From: Candidatus Latescibacterota bacterium
GTDB taxonomy: Bacteria; Latescibacterota; UBA2968
Length of the DNA stretch: 64,000 bases
Direction of reading: 5' to 3'
NCBI GenBank assembly: GCA_965116885.1
Contig: OZ220741.1
Span: forward strand, 3,520,001-3,584,000
The position numbers were made by a program, and so were the translations under genes. The notes under the pieces were generated by a model, which ran no database searches, was not told the DNA's origin, and saw only the letters and a list, made by a program, of their open reading frames with translations. Below are positions 18,719-28,394 of the stretch, one piece after another (position 1 is the first letter of the stretch; each line of letters begins with the position of its first letter).

Positions 18719-18800
18719 ATTGTAATACTCCTTTACGGGATGTGTGCCTAAGAGGTGCTAACAAAGTTGGGCAACACGGTGCTTTTTCATAAATTCCTTC

Positions 18801-19472
18801 TTAGGCTATCAGCCATGTAATTGCGTTGTCAATAAGCTTCGCAGTCATTGGATGCATAAGAATAGCCTGATCGTGCCCGGGCACCAGCACCATCACACGT
18901 CCGCTTCCATACTCATGACACCAACCTTGCACATGCCGCCCATTGGTCACAGAGTAGCTCTCGAGAAATACAGATGTTTGCGATTCATCCAGGTCCATAA
19001 TGTACTCTTCTTCCTGAACACAATAGGGTTCAACACCATCGGTCAGTTCGGGTAATACGCCCGTCGGACGGATTTCGATATCGATCCGCTTTGGATGGTT
19101 GTGAAAACGAGACTTTGAGACGCGCTGAATACCGCCGCCTTCGGAATAAAACGCAACGGCATCGTGGTGGAGAAATAGTCGGCCGCCATTTTGTGCATAT
19201 GCCTCAATGAGCGTTTCCTCATCTTCAGAAAGCCACTTGTGTTTATGCCCTTGCTGAAGAGTAAACTGCAACTCACGGGCATTCCGTACATCGTCGAATG
19301 CATATCGGCTAATGAGCACCATATCAAAAGATGAGAGATCGTCCCAGGGCACTGCATTGTCAAATACAATTGTCGGATCATACCCTCGCACATGTAGTGG
19401 TCTCACAAGCGCAGTGACCAGATGTGCCGGGCAGTGGTAAGCGTCTCCAAGAACTGCGAGTAATTTTTTCAC
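18801..19472 (-). CDS. ThuA-like (class I GATase-like) domain protein
   Basis: LGDAYH, NGGRLFLHH, HP, EEEY and YGSGRVMVLVPGH. Confidence 0.78.
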   Translation of the reverse strand: MKKLLAVLGDAYHCPAHLVTALVRPLHVRGYDPTIVFDNAVPWDDLSSFDMVLISRYAFDDVRNARELQFTLQQGHKHKWLSEDEETLIEAYAQNGGRLFLHHDAVAFYSEGGGIQRVSKSRFHNHPKRIDIEIRPTGVLPELTDGVEPYCVQEEEYIMDLDESQTSVFLESYSVTNGRHVQGWCHEYGSGRVMVLVPGHDQAILMHPMTAKLIDNAITWLIA

Positions 19473-19519
19473 AATCTGCTCCTTTTGGCGGTCAGGACGG
19501 CAACTGCATAACTAAAGCC

Positions 19520-20680
19520 CTACTCATAGACCATCTCCCCGGTCTTGTGGTTCTCGATCCAGTCCCGGTCGAACTCCACCCCCAGTCCCGGCCCCTCTGG
19601 CACTTCGACGCAGCCGTTCTCATCGACCGAATCCAACTCGTCGAGCCAGCGTCTTTCTGCATAGACCGCCGGCTTGGTAGCGGGCACCAGGGGATGCACC
19701 AGACCCAATTCGTAGTAATTGGCGTTGCGCAGGGTCGCCATGATATGCCGGTGTGCCAGATTGCCGCCGTGCAACTCCACGTCCAGCCCGTGCGCCTCGG
19801 CCATAGCAGCGATCTTCATTACCCCGGTGATGCCGCCGTCGGTCTGGGCGTTGGCGCGTACGAAGTCGGTGGCACCGGCAGTAATGGTATCGGCCTTGGC
19901 CTCCAGCCCGCGCACATGTTCGCCCATCAGCATCGGCGTATTGATCAATTCGCGCAGCTTGGCGTGGGCAAAGCGCGAAAAGCCGCCGCCCCTGAACGGA
20001 TCCTCATACCACATATAGCGCGCCTCGTCGCAGGCGCGACCCACCTTGAGCACGTCCTCGAATGTGGGAAAACATCCGGCTGGATCGAGCAACAGGTCCA
20101 TATCGTCGCCCACCGCTTCGCGAATGGCTAATACCGCCGCTACCTCGCGGTCGATCGGTCCGTTGATCCAACCGTGGATCTTAAACGCTGGATAGCCGTA
20201 TTGCTCCTTGCAGCGCAGCGCGAATTGCGCGAAGTCGTCCGGTGTCGTCAAGCCGCCGTTTTCGTCGCCGTGGTAGGTCGAAGCGTAGGCCGGCAACTTC
20301 TTGCGCCAACCCCCGCCCAAAAGTTCGTAGATCGGCGCGTCGTAGAGTTTGCCGGCGAAATCCCACAGCGCGATATCTACCGCACCCGGCGGCGTGCCGT
20401 CCTGTCCGCGGCGCGAGCGCTTGAGGTCGTGCCAGATGATCTCGCGGTCCAGCGGGTTGCGGCCGAGCAAGTACTGCGCCGGGCGGGAATCGATGCCACC
20501 GGACGCAATGCCGCTGATGCCGACGCTGGTCTCGATGGTCAGCAATCCTCCGCCCAGAGTCAGGCGGCCGCCCTTGCGATAGACCGTGTCGAAGCCCAAT
20601 TGCTCCTCCAACTCCATATCTGCGATCTCATAGGCAAAACTCGTCGAGGTAATGCGGGTGATCTCAATATCTCGCGCCAT
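19520..20680 (-). CDS. Mandelate racemase/muconate lactonizing enzyme family protein
   Basis: DIALWDFAGK, LPAYAST, FKIH, LLD, WYEDP, GEH and ELHG. Confidence 0.9.
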   Translation of the reverse strand: MARDIEITRITSTSFAYEIADMELEEQLGFDTVYRKGGRLTLGGGLLTIETSVGISGIASGGIDSRPAQYLLGRNPLDREIIWHDLKRSRRGQDGTPPGAVDIALWDFAGKLYDAPIYELLGGGWRKKLPAYASTYHGDENGGLTTPDDFAQFALRCKEQYGYPAFKIHGWINGPIDREVAAVLAIREAVGDDMDLLLDPAGCFPTFEDVLKVGRACDEARYMWYEDPFRGGGFSRFAHAKLRELINTPMLMGEHVRGLEAKADTITAGATDFVRANAQTDGGITGVMKIAAMAEAHGLDVELHGGNLAHRHIMATLRNANYYELGLVHPLVPATKPAVYAERRWLDELDSVDENGCVEVPEGPGLGVEFDRDWIENHKTGEMVYE

Positions 20681-20732
20681 GGTGCTCTCTCTTTCGCTGT
20701 GTGTTTGGTTTTAACTTCCGCTCCACGGCTAC

Positions 20733-21617
20733 TCATCTCACGATCTGAGGTGACGCATAAAGATCGGGCCTGGCCTCGTTCGCTGTGAAGCAACCGGATG
20801 ATCGCGCTTTCTCTATTAAATCTCTCGAGACCTCGGTCACGATCATGCCTTCCACTGGCGCGTGTTCGTCGATGAACTGGCCGGTCGGATCGATCGCGAA
20901 GGCGAGTCCCGGAAACCAGGCATTGCCGCTTTTTCCCGCCTGGTTGGCGTAGAAAATGTAGAGCGCATTGTCCACTGCCCTTGCTGGCAAGATCTGGGCG
21001 GCAAGCTGTCGATGTTCGGCTGCCTGTTCGGTCTGATCGCCGTCAGGGGTGACGTTGTCAGCGCGGCCGCTTGCACCTACGGCGAGGAGAAAAAAATCCG
21101 CGCCCTGCTGTGCGGCGGTTCGGAAGATCTCCGGAAACCTCAGGTCGTAGCAGATCCCCACGCCGAAGGTCCAGCCTTGCGATGTCACGATAGGGAGTTG
21201 GCTCCCCGGTTCGAACCAGGCCCGCTCGGTTTCATTCGGGATGTGTAGTTTGGTGAAGGTCGCGAGGTAACCGCTGGGCCCTACGATGTAGGTGCTGTTG
21301 CGATAGCGTTCGCCCGCTGGCTCGATGGTACCGACGACAAGGGTCATGTCGAGCTCGCTACAGAGCGATTCGAGGAACGGAATTGATTCCTGGGCCGCTG
21401 CTTCTGCGATCCGCATGGACTCCTCGGGAGGAATGTCCGATTTGTTCATTGAGCCTGTGATGCACTCTTCGGGAAAGAGCGCAAACGCGGCACCTTGCCT
21501 GTGAGCCTCTCTCGACCACTCGGCAATCCGGTCGAGGTTGGTCGTGGGGTCGCCCATCGCGCTGTGCATGGCGACCGATGCGATACGTGTTTTTGTGTTG
21601 TTCATGGGATATGCCAT
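20733..21617 (-). CDS. Carbon-nitrogen hydrolase (nitrilase superfamily)
   Basis: E-K-C triad in FPEE, TKLH and ICYDLRFPE. The start may be 21605 (MNNTK). Confidence 0.92.
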   Translation of the reverse strand: MAYPMNNTKTRIASVAMHSAMGDPTTNLDRIAEWSREAHRQGAAFALFPEECITGSMNKSDIPPEESMRIAEAAAQESIPFLESLCSELDMTLVVGTIEPAGERYRNSTYIVGPSGYLATFTKLHIPNETERAWFEPGSQLPIVTSQGWTFGVGICYDLRFPEIFRTAAQQGADFFLLAVGASGRADNVTPDGDQTEQAAEHRQLAAQILPARAVDNALYIFYANQAGKSGNAWFPGLAFAIDPTGQFIDEHAPVEGMIVTEVSRDLIEKARSSGCFTANEARPDLYASPQIVR

Positions 21618-21654
21618 TCGACCCTTTCTCCGATGCGTGGTTATTCATGCGTCC

Positions 21655-22620
21655 TCATACGGCCGAACGGACCGAATAGACCGCTTCGAGCGAACCGACG
21701 TTCGGGCGGCGGTTCTCATCGTTCTGCCGGATGTTGCGGGCGAAGAAATCGTCGAATAGTTCCAACTCAAATTCTCTCGCAATGTCTATGGCCGAGCGCT
21801 TATCCGAATTGCTGTGGATCAAGGCGGTCCCGAGATAGCTCGGTACGTCGATCGTGACCTCATCCTGGTATTTCTTCTCGATCAGCGGAAACTTGCCGGA
21901 GTTTCCACTGCGTTTGACCAGCACGCGGTCCAGGTTGATCGTCGCGCACATCGTGCGTGAATAGTTGGTGTTCAGTTTCACGGGCTGGCCGAGGGGATTG
22001 ATCACCCCGCCTCCGTAGAACCGAAGCGCGGTCAGATAGTAGCACTGGCATTCGTACGCCCATTGCTGCTGAAGGAATCCGCCGTGATAGGCGCTGGGAA
22101 ATGTGAGGATGTCCGGTTTCAGGTCCCGGTATTCGAACCGAAGTTGTTCGAATTTCTGGTCGAAACAAACCACCCCTCCAAGGCGACCGATCGCGGTGTC
22201 GAAAACTTTGGGGCCGTCACCCGATCGCAACCCTTGTTTTCGCTCGTTATCCGTCAGGAACGTCTTGTGATAGGCACCGATCACCGAGCCATCAGGGCCG
22301 ATGTACACAATCGAATTGAACACGTCGTCGCCTTCGCGGAGCTTGATGGATCCGGCCACGTGACATGACTCGGCCCTGGCGAAATCCCGGTACATTGACA
22401 AAAACGGACCCGGCTGTTCCACGGTCTCGGCCGTTTCCAGGGTCTGGCCGTATCCTTCGACCAGTTCACAGGTCAACACCAGGTCCAGGTTGTATCCTTT
22501 CAGTGAATTGAGATCGTTTCGGGTCATGCGCAGTACTTTTGCCATGCTATCGGGTTCACCCCGCTGCAAATCGGTAAATGCACTGAACTGAATCGATCCA
22601 ACTCTTACGAATCGTGCCAT
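21655..22620 (-). CDS. Carbon-nitrogen hydrolase family protein
   Basis: Triad motifs TCE, YHKTFLT and VVCFD. Confidence 0.88.
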   Translation of the reverse strand: MARFVRVGSIQFSAFTDLQRGEPDSMAKVLRMTRNDLNSLKGYNLDLVLTCELVEGYGQTLETAETVEQPGPFLSMYRDFARAESCHVAGSIKLREGDDVFNSIVYIGPDGSVIGAYHKTFLTDNERKQGLRSGDGPKVFDTAIGRLGGVVCFDQKFEQLRFEYRDLKPDILTFPSAYHGGFLQQQWAYECQCYYLTALRFYGGGVINPLGQPVKLNTNYSRTMCATINLDRVLVKRSGNSGKFPLIEKKYQDEVTIDVPSYLGTALIHSNSDKRSAIDIAREFELELFDDFFARNIRQNDENRRPNVGSLEAVYSVRSAV

Positions 22621-22650
22621 CTCTCTCTCCTTTCACAATGCTAATGTCCA

Positions 22651-23940
22651 TTAGAGCGCGGCGTCGCCCGCCTCCGTCCGCAAGCTGTGTCGGCCCTCTA
22701 TATGCGCGTGCCAGTCCATGCCGATCTCCGGTCGTGGCCGGGTCGGTCTGGGCAGCGCATTCGCCTGCTCCGCCACGATCGCCGGCACGCCCACGTCGCT
22801 CAGCAACTGCGCCAGATACGCCATCCGCACCAGCGTCTCGCTCTGGTACAGGCTCATGCCATCGACACCCGCCGCGTACTGTTGCGCCGCCAGCGCATAG
22901 GCCGGTTGCGGCGCATAAAAACCCGTATTCTTCTCTACCCGGCTTTCAATCAGCCCTTTGGATCCCACACCGCCAATGCACAGTTTGCCGTGTCGGTGCG
23001 CCACCGCTGCGTGATAGCCGACGTGCAGGTCCAGATCCTCGCGGGTCAGAGGAAAGGGACTCAACATCAATCCGTCGATCAGATCCTCCTCGCACCAGCG
23101 CTCGCTGTCCAGCCCATAGGCCAGCATCAGCCAGCGCGCGTTGTCGGGCACCCGGGCGATGATCGGGCAGCGCCGACCCAATTTGTCCTCCTGGATGCGC
23201 ACCGCTCGCCGCAGTTCGGTCATAAATCCGGTCAGCACGTCGGCCCGGTACTGGAACCACGCCCGGTATTGTTCGAAGTCGTCCGAGTCGATTTCGCGCG
23301 GATCCATCCCCGTCTCCGCTATAAACGGCTCGACCAGCGCCGGATGGTATAGCAGCATCGGCATCTGCCGGCAGAAGTCGAGCACCAGCCCATTGACGCC
23401 AATCCTCTGGCACTCGAGCAAAATATCGATCCGCTCGCGCCGCACTTCCGCCAGCGCGTAGCACAGCCGGCTGGCGTCCTCGTTGCCCGGCTTGGTCACC
23501 TCCCTGAAGGCCGGATTGTCCAGCGCGAATTTGGACGTGACCCCTATCCAGTCTGCCCGGCCATAGTGGCGGTTCATCCCCAGGCGGCCCCATAGTTGCG
23601 CCTCACGATCGCGGCACAGCGCCAGCGCGTGCCGCAGCGGACACACCTCGTCCATCACTTTGCGAACAAAGCTCCAGGATATGCCTCCGACCTGGTCGCC
23701 ATTTTCGCACATTCGCGTGATATGGGGTAACTCGGACCAGTAGTCCACCACCGAACGCCCCAGATTCCAAACCAGATAGTCGCAGCCCGCTTGCAGGTGC
23801 AGGTCGATGCACTCGTCCAGTGCTTTGGGGCCCGGGCACGGCTTGTCGTAGTTGGCGTAGTAGCACATCCACTCCGAGATGCCAAACACCGGTTTTTCGT
23901 TGCCGCTTGCCGCGCGCAATTCGAGTTGCTCTTGCGCCAT
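22651..23940 (-). CDS. Hypothetical protein, probable GHL10/DUF187-like TIM-barrel glycoside hydrolase-like
   Basis: 429 aa with RBS AGGAGG. Segments GRLGMNRH, LCYALAEVR, GLVLDFCR and W..EDLIDG resemble GHL10-type barrels. Confidence 0.55.
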   Translation of the reverse strand: MAQEQLELRAASGNEKPVFGISEWMCYYANYDKPCPGPKALDECIDLHLQAGCDYLVWNLGRSVVDYWSELPHITRMCENGDQVGGISWSFVRKVMDEVCPLRHALALCRDREAQLWGRLGMNRHYGRADWIGVTSKFALDNPAFREVTKPGNEDASRLCYALAEVRRERIDILLECQRIGVNGLVLDFCRQMPMLLYHPALVEPFIAETGMDPREIDSDDFEQYRAWFQYRADVLTGFMTELRRAVRIQEDKLGRRCPIIARVPDNARWLMLAYGLDSERWCEEDLIDGLMLSPFPLTREDLDLHVGYHAAVAHRHGKLCIGGVGSKGLIESRVEKNTGFYAPQPAYALAAQQYAAGVDGMSLYQSETLVRMAYLAQLLSDVGVPAIVAEQANALPRPTRPRPEIGMDWHAHIEGRHSLRTEAGDAAL

Positions 23941-23979
23941 CTAAGGTGACCTCCTGATCGGGTGTATTTATTGAAAGCA

Positions 23980-24915
23980 TTAAGCGGGCCATCGCGCGGT
24001 GCCGATGGCGTAATACTTGTGTACGAAAGGTGGTTTGGTGCGCGAAGCGTACCACAGGCGCAGGGAGCCGTCGGTTAGGCGTAAGAGCGAATGGCTGGTG
24101 GTAAAGTGCGATTCCCAGGGACGCGAAGGATCGGGGCCGAAGATCGGATTGTGAGGGCTTTTGGTCCAGTTGAGACCGTCTTCGCTGATGGCAAATCCGA
24201 TGGAGGTTTTCATGACCTCGGGCGGATAGCTGCTGTAGCTGCCGTACCACATCAGATAATAACCGTCTTCTTTGAGAACGGTTGGATAGACCAGGCGCTG
24301 GAACTCCCATTCCTGGTCCAATTCCAACACCGGCTGGGGATGGAATTGCCAGTCAAAGCCGTCGTCGCTGGTGGCGGCGCGTATGGTCCAGGGATCGGCG
24401 GTCACATCGGTGTACCACAGGCGGTAGCGGTCGTCTTCCCAAAATAGGGTGGGGGCGTAGGCGTTTTCCAATAGGGGAGGGGAGGGCGTCTCCCAGCGAA
24501 GTCCGTCGTCGCTGGTCATGGCGTGCAGGGTGTGGCGTGTGTCACCAGAGGGGAAGTCGGTCGAGGAAAAAAACATCCGCAGCTTGCCCGCCTCGCGCCG
24601 CAGGGAGCCATCCGGGTGGCGCACCAGGGTAGGGGTGAGGATGGAGTGGTCGGTCTCCAGGGTGCAAACCGGGGAGGCGGGGTGTCGTGTAAAATGCAGG
24701 CCGTCGTCGCTGGTGGCCAGCCCCAGAGCAAAAACCCGCAGATCCACTTCGCCGCGCGAGCCGCTGTACCACATGTAATAGCGATTGTTTTCCAAAGCGA
24801 CACAGGGAGCAAAAATGTGGGTGTCGTCAAATTGACCGGCTGCGCCCAGGGATAGACAGGGCGCATCGATGTCTCGCTCCCAGGGTTGTGGATCCAGCCA
24901 TTGGTTTTTGTCCAT
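23980..24915 (-). CDS. Five-bladed beta-propeller glycosidase-like protein (GH32/GH43/GH130-like)
   Basis: Repeated ATSDDGLHF / SDDGLRW / TSDDGFDW / SEDGLNW blades and YYMWY motifs. Confidence 0.75.
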   Translation of the reverse strand: MDKNQWLDPQPWERDIDAPCLSLGAAGQFDDTHIFAPCVALENNRYYMWYSGSRGEVDLRVFALGLATSDDGLHFTRHPASPVCTLETDHSILTPTLVRHPDGSLRREAGKLRMFFSSTDFPSGDTRHTLHAMTSDDGLRWETPSPPLLENAYAPTLFWEDDRYRLWYTDVTADPWTIRAATSDDGFDWQFHPQPVLELDQEWEFQRLVYPTVLKEDGYYLMWYGSYSSYPPEVMKTSIGFAISEDGLNWTKSPHNPIFGPDPSRPWESHFTTSHSLLRLTDGSLRLWYASRTKPPFVHKYYAIGTARWPA

Positions 24916-24932
24916 GATCTATTTTCCTCATT

Positions 24933-26351
24933 TTACCTCGCCGTATAATCCCCCTCCAAAATACAGGGGAGACCATCGCGGGCCATCAGTGCAATCCGCG
25001 CCAATCCATGCTGTAAAAAACTCGGTCCCATCTGCGACTCGTACCAATCGATTCCCGACGCACCTCTCGGCAGGTCGCCGTCCATATAAATGGCCATAAG
25101 CTTCTCGGCAAGGGCCAGGCCCCCGTCCAGCCACCTGGTTTCTCCCGTCAGATCATATAGATCTGCCAATAACTCCAACCCCAATCCGGCATCCATCGCC
25201 GGTACAGCAATGTCATCCGGGAAATCGGTTTCCAAATAGCTCTTTCCAACTGCGACGGTCCACTCAAAAAGCCCTTGATGGGGCCGAATGCGATGGCCAC
25301 ACAGGGCAAATAGTGCGGCGTAACAGGCGGGCCAGTTTCCATATACACTGCCCCAAACCGGCATCGTTCCTTTCGCTTCGTTGGAACCCCGGTGAAAGGA
25401 ATTCACATAGATACCCCGTTCCAGGTCGTGGGGGGCCTTTAAAAATCCGTCGATATAAACGGCCGCCCGTTCTCTCATGCGAGTGGCCAGATCTGGTAAC
25501 GCACCTGCAATCAACTCGGCGGATTCAAGCAGGCTCACCCCCAGGGAGAGCGTCTGTCCAGGCGCATTGATTCGATAAAAATCCACATCGTCCTCGGGCG
25601 ACCGGCTCTCCGTTTGCAGCAGGCCCAGGTCGTCCCGCTTCTCCCACCAGTAGTCCAGCATGGTTTCGATTTGTTGTACAAAATCCGTCCGACCCGTCTT
25701 CAAGTAGGCAAACGCCCAATCGAAAATGTAAAATCCCCCATGCCTCGGGAAATCGCAGGACCGCGCCCCCCGGGCATAGGGGCGTTTCTCATCGATATAA
25801 GCATGCCGGATGTATTCCAGCGGCTCCCCTTCGGTCCAATGTCCGTCAATCCCCTCGGCAAAGCGCTCGACGCATGGCGGATTGAAGGCATACAGTTTTT
25901 CCCATAGCCAGAGCGGTGCCTGTCGCAGGTGATCGTGTGTCGTCTTACTGGGACTTGCTCCTTCCCGCAACTGATAGCTGTCTGCCACCCGATCTTCAAT
26001 CAGGTGCCAGTACGCGTGTTCTCCCCAGGGGAAAATACCCGTTATTGTATTCGTACAGTGGGTCGCAAACCGCTGCAAATACCGGTCTGCCGCCCGTGCA
26101 TAATCCGGACGGTCCAGCGCCTCGGCAAGCGCGTACATGGTCTTTAGCGCCGCCTGATCGTGGATCAGGTTGCTGCCCAGATGTGACCGATCGCCGTCCC
26201 GCTGCCCCGCAATGCCCGGTGGCATTTTCGTCATCATCTGATGGGTCGATCGATCGATAATCGAGGGGAACAACCCCTCATAGGGCGCTCCCAATGCGAT
26301 CAGGATATCCAGCGATCGGCACACCTTCTCAAGCATGGTTTCGGGGTTCAT
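24933..26351 (-). CDS. Hypothetical protein, remote PL2 pectate-lyase-like (alpha/alpha) barrel
   Basis: SN...Q, TGIFPWGEH, HD, RF..G and RH line up with recalled PL2 motifs (SGLLYWGGH, HE, RFIRG, SRH). Confidence 0.5.
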   Translation of the reverse strand: MNPETMLEKVCRSLDILIALGAPYEGLFPSIIDRSTHQMMTKMPPGIAGQRDGDRSHLGSNLIHDQAALKTMYALAEALDRPDYARAADRYLQRFATHCTNTITGIFPWGEHAYWHLIEDRVADSYQLREGASPSKTTHDHLRQAPLWLWEKLYAFNPPCVERFAEGIDGHWTEGEPLEYIRHAYIDEKRPYARGARSCDFPRHGGFYIFDWAFAYLKTGRTDFVQQIETMLDYWWEKRDDLGLLQTESRSPEDDVDFYRINAPGQTLSLGVSLLESAELIAGALPDLATRMRERAAVYIDGFLKAPHDLERGIYVNSFHRGSNEAKGTMPVWGSVYGNWPACYAALFALCGHRIRPHQGLFEWTVAVGKSYLETDFPDDIAVPAMDAGLGLELLADLYDLTGETRWLDGGLALAEKLMAIYMDGDLPRGASGIDWYESQMGPSFLQHGLARIALMARDGLPCILEGDYTAR

Positions 26352-26376
26352 CAGCGTCCTCCGGTCTAAAAAAAGA

Positions 26377-26407
26377 ATTATATAGGGTCTTTTAGGGGGC
26401 AGGTCAA
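26377..26407 (-). promoter_or_regulatory. Sigma70-like promoter upstream of 24933-26351
   Basis: TTGACC followed 17-19 bp later by TATATAAT on the minus strand. Confidence 0.55.
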
Positions 26408-26434
26408 GCGGTGTAAGGTGTGGTTGGAGCGGTC

Positions 26435-27523
26435 TTACTTGGCCAGGCCCCGCTCGACTTTTTGCTCAAAATCGCGCATCTGATCCGCCCCATCTAACAC
26501 GCCGATTTCCATGTTGAACTCGCGCACCTCGCCCGGTTCAATGTACTGCAAGGTCCCGTGCTTGCGGTTCCAGGCGCGACCGAGTACTGAGCAGTTGCCC
26601 GGCTCAATGCCGGTGACGTAGGTGCCTTTGTGGAAGTGCTGCCATTGGTTGACGATGGGGATCTCGCTGCGCTTGAACCGCCAATACAATCCCAGGCCGA
26701 GCTTTTCGTTGAGCAGGCCGATGTGGACGCGTCCCCGGCGGTCGGTGTGGGGCCGATGCACGTACACATCGTCGTGGGCGCGCGGTTGCGGCCCTTTGGC
26801 CACGGTGTAGTCCTCGGGACCGACGGGGCGGTCCTCGGTCCACTCGGTGCTCTCGCGGCTGTGGAGGACGAGGCGCGTTCCTTCGTCGAGGAGGGGGAAG
26901 CCGGGGTTGCAGTGATACACGAACATGAGGGGCGAACGGTCAACGGCGAGGTTTTCGATGCGGTCGCGGATGTGGATGCTCCGCTCGCCGAGCACGGTCG
27001 AAATCTCTCGCGACAGTTCTAAATTTTCCGCAAAGACCTCGGCCTGGCGCATTTGGCCGCGGATGCGCACGACGTAATCCGCGCCCTCCCAGCCCGCCTC
27101 GATGCCGACGTTCTTCGCCGGTATGTAAGAGAGGCGACCGTGCAGTGGCATCTCGGCGTTTTCTTCTTCGGGATCGACTTCTGGGTGGCCGACAAAGTCG
27201 AGGCCACAAGAGGTTACCAGCCCGCCGAACCAGCCGCGCCCCCATTTGAAGCCCTCTGGTTCGTAGAAGGCCGGTCCGACGTCTCCGGGTCCGGAGCGGA
27301 AGCACAGCGACTGGCCCTTGTAGTGGGCCGAGGCAATGTCGAGGGCGCGGCCGGGCAAGACGGAAAACCCCAGACCCGAAGCGTTGAATACGTCAATGAG
27401 GTCGGCGCCGCGCTCGAATCCTTCGCTGCGCTCGGCGCGGCGGGCGTACATGAGTTGGCTGATGTCGCCGACGCGGTTGAGCAGTTGGCGGCGCGTGTAG
27501 TTGCGGCCAAAGAGCCTGGGCAT
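26435..27523 (-). CDS. Aldose 1-epimerase family protein (DUF4432-like)
   Basis: RVGDISQL, GRALDI, GGLVTSCGL, LHGR, YHCNPG and YVTGIEPGN. Confidence 0.85.
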   Translation of the reverse strand: MPRLFGRNYTRRQLLNRVGDISQLMYARRAERSEGFERGADLIDVFNASGLGFSVLPGRALDIASAHYKGQSLCFRSGPGDVGPAFYEPEGFKWGRGWFGGLVTSCGLDFVGHPEVDPEEENAEMPLHGRLSYIPAKNVGIEAGWEGADYVVRIRGQMRQAEVFAENLELSREISTVLGERSIHIRDRIENLAVDRSPLMFVYHCNPGFPLLDEGTRLVLHSRESTEWTEDRPVGPEDYTVAKGPQPRAHDDVYVHRPHTDRRGRVHIGLLNEKLGLGLYWRFKRSEIPIVNQWQHFHKGTYVTGIEPGNCSVLGRAWNRKHGTLQYIEPGEVREFNMEIGVLDGADQMRDFEQKVERGLAK

Positions 27524-27556
27524 GGGGGACCTCCTGTAGCAAATGCTAATCGGTTG

Positions 27557-28381
27557 TTAATGATCAAGGATCTGAAATTCGGCCTGAATCGGTTTATGGT
27601 CGGATGGATAAACACCGTCGATATTGTAGTCCACGACCTCATACGAGCGGACCTCAACGTTCCCTCTGAACAAAATCCAGTCGATTCCGTTGCCGCCTTC
27701 TATACTGTCTTTCAGTACGCCAGGCTCTGCCGAGCCTTTATCCCCGACAAATGTTCTATAGACATCGCTCCCCGGTCTTGCGTTGAAATCTGCCAACAGA
27801 AACACAGGGCGCGGTTTGGTCCATTCACCAAACCGGTCGAGCGAACGGACCCGCTCGACAATTAGTCTTGCACTATTCAGCCTTGCCAGTGCCATTCCCT
27901 CGCCTGGGGCCAGATGCGTGTTGAAGACATAAAACTCCTGAGTATTCTCCCAGTGCCCCCTGTAGTCCATTGGGTAGGGACTCGTTTCTCTATCTGCCGG
28001 TCTGTTGATGATCGCGAGGCGGGCCCATGTGACCATACGAGGATTGTTAGCAGGGCCGCTACCGATGACTTCCGGCGTTTCCGATAGCTGAAAACTATCC
28101 ATTTCTCTGAGTCGGAATCTGTCGCGCTTGAAGAAGATGGCCATATGCTCGTCATCGTCTCCTCCCTTTCGACCTTCTCCGATGACCACGTATTCAGGCA
28201 AATGATCCATCAGATAGTCGATCTGCTCCTTCAAGCCTTCCTGGGTACCAATGATGTCAGGATTGTGTTTGCGAATCAGTGCCACTTGCATATCGCGCCG
28301 CACTTCCCAGGGTGGCTCAAACGTGGGACTGGCATATTTCAGGTTGTAAGTCATAAACTTGATCGTCTTTTCGTCAGCCAT
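27557..28381 (-). CDS. Endonuclease/exonuclease/phosphatase family protein
   Basis: MTYN, DIIGTQE, FNTH, ADFN, IDWI and PSDHKP. Confidence 0.9.
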   Translation of the reverse strand: MADEKTIKFMTYNLKYASPTFEPPWEVRRDMQVALIRKHNPDIIGTQEGLKEQIDYLMDHLPEYVVIGEGRKGGDDDEHMAIFFKRDRFRLREMDSFQLSETPEVIGSGPANNPRMVTWARLAIINRPADRETSPYPMDYRGHWENTQEFYVFNTHLAPGEGMALARLNSARLIVERVRSLDRFGEWTKPRPVFLLADFNARPGSDVYRTFVGDKGSAEPGVLKDSIEGGNGIDWILFRGNVEVRSYEVVDYNIDGVYPSDHKPIQAEFQILDH

Positions 28382-28394
28382 GGGATTTCCTCAT

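Noticed and set aside
18736..18745. 10-nt match CGGGATGTGT to the nitrilase (21237-21246) as a fourth fragment
   Set aside because: Too short to distinguish from chance.
27557..28381. EEP-family protein as the recombinase or nuclease driving gene capture
   Set aside because: It looks like a common stand-alone metabolic phosphatase-type EEP protein, and nothing links it to the junctions.
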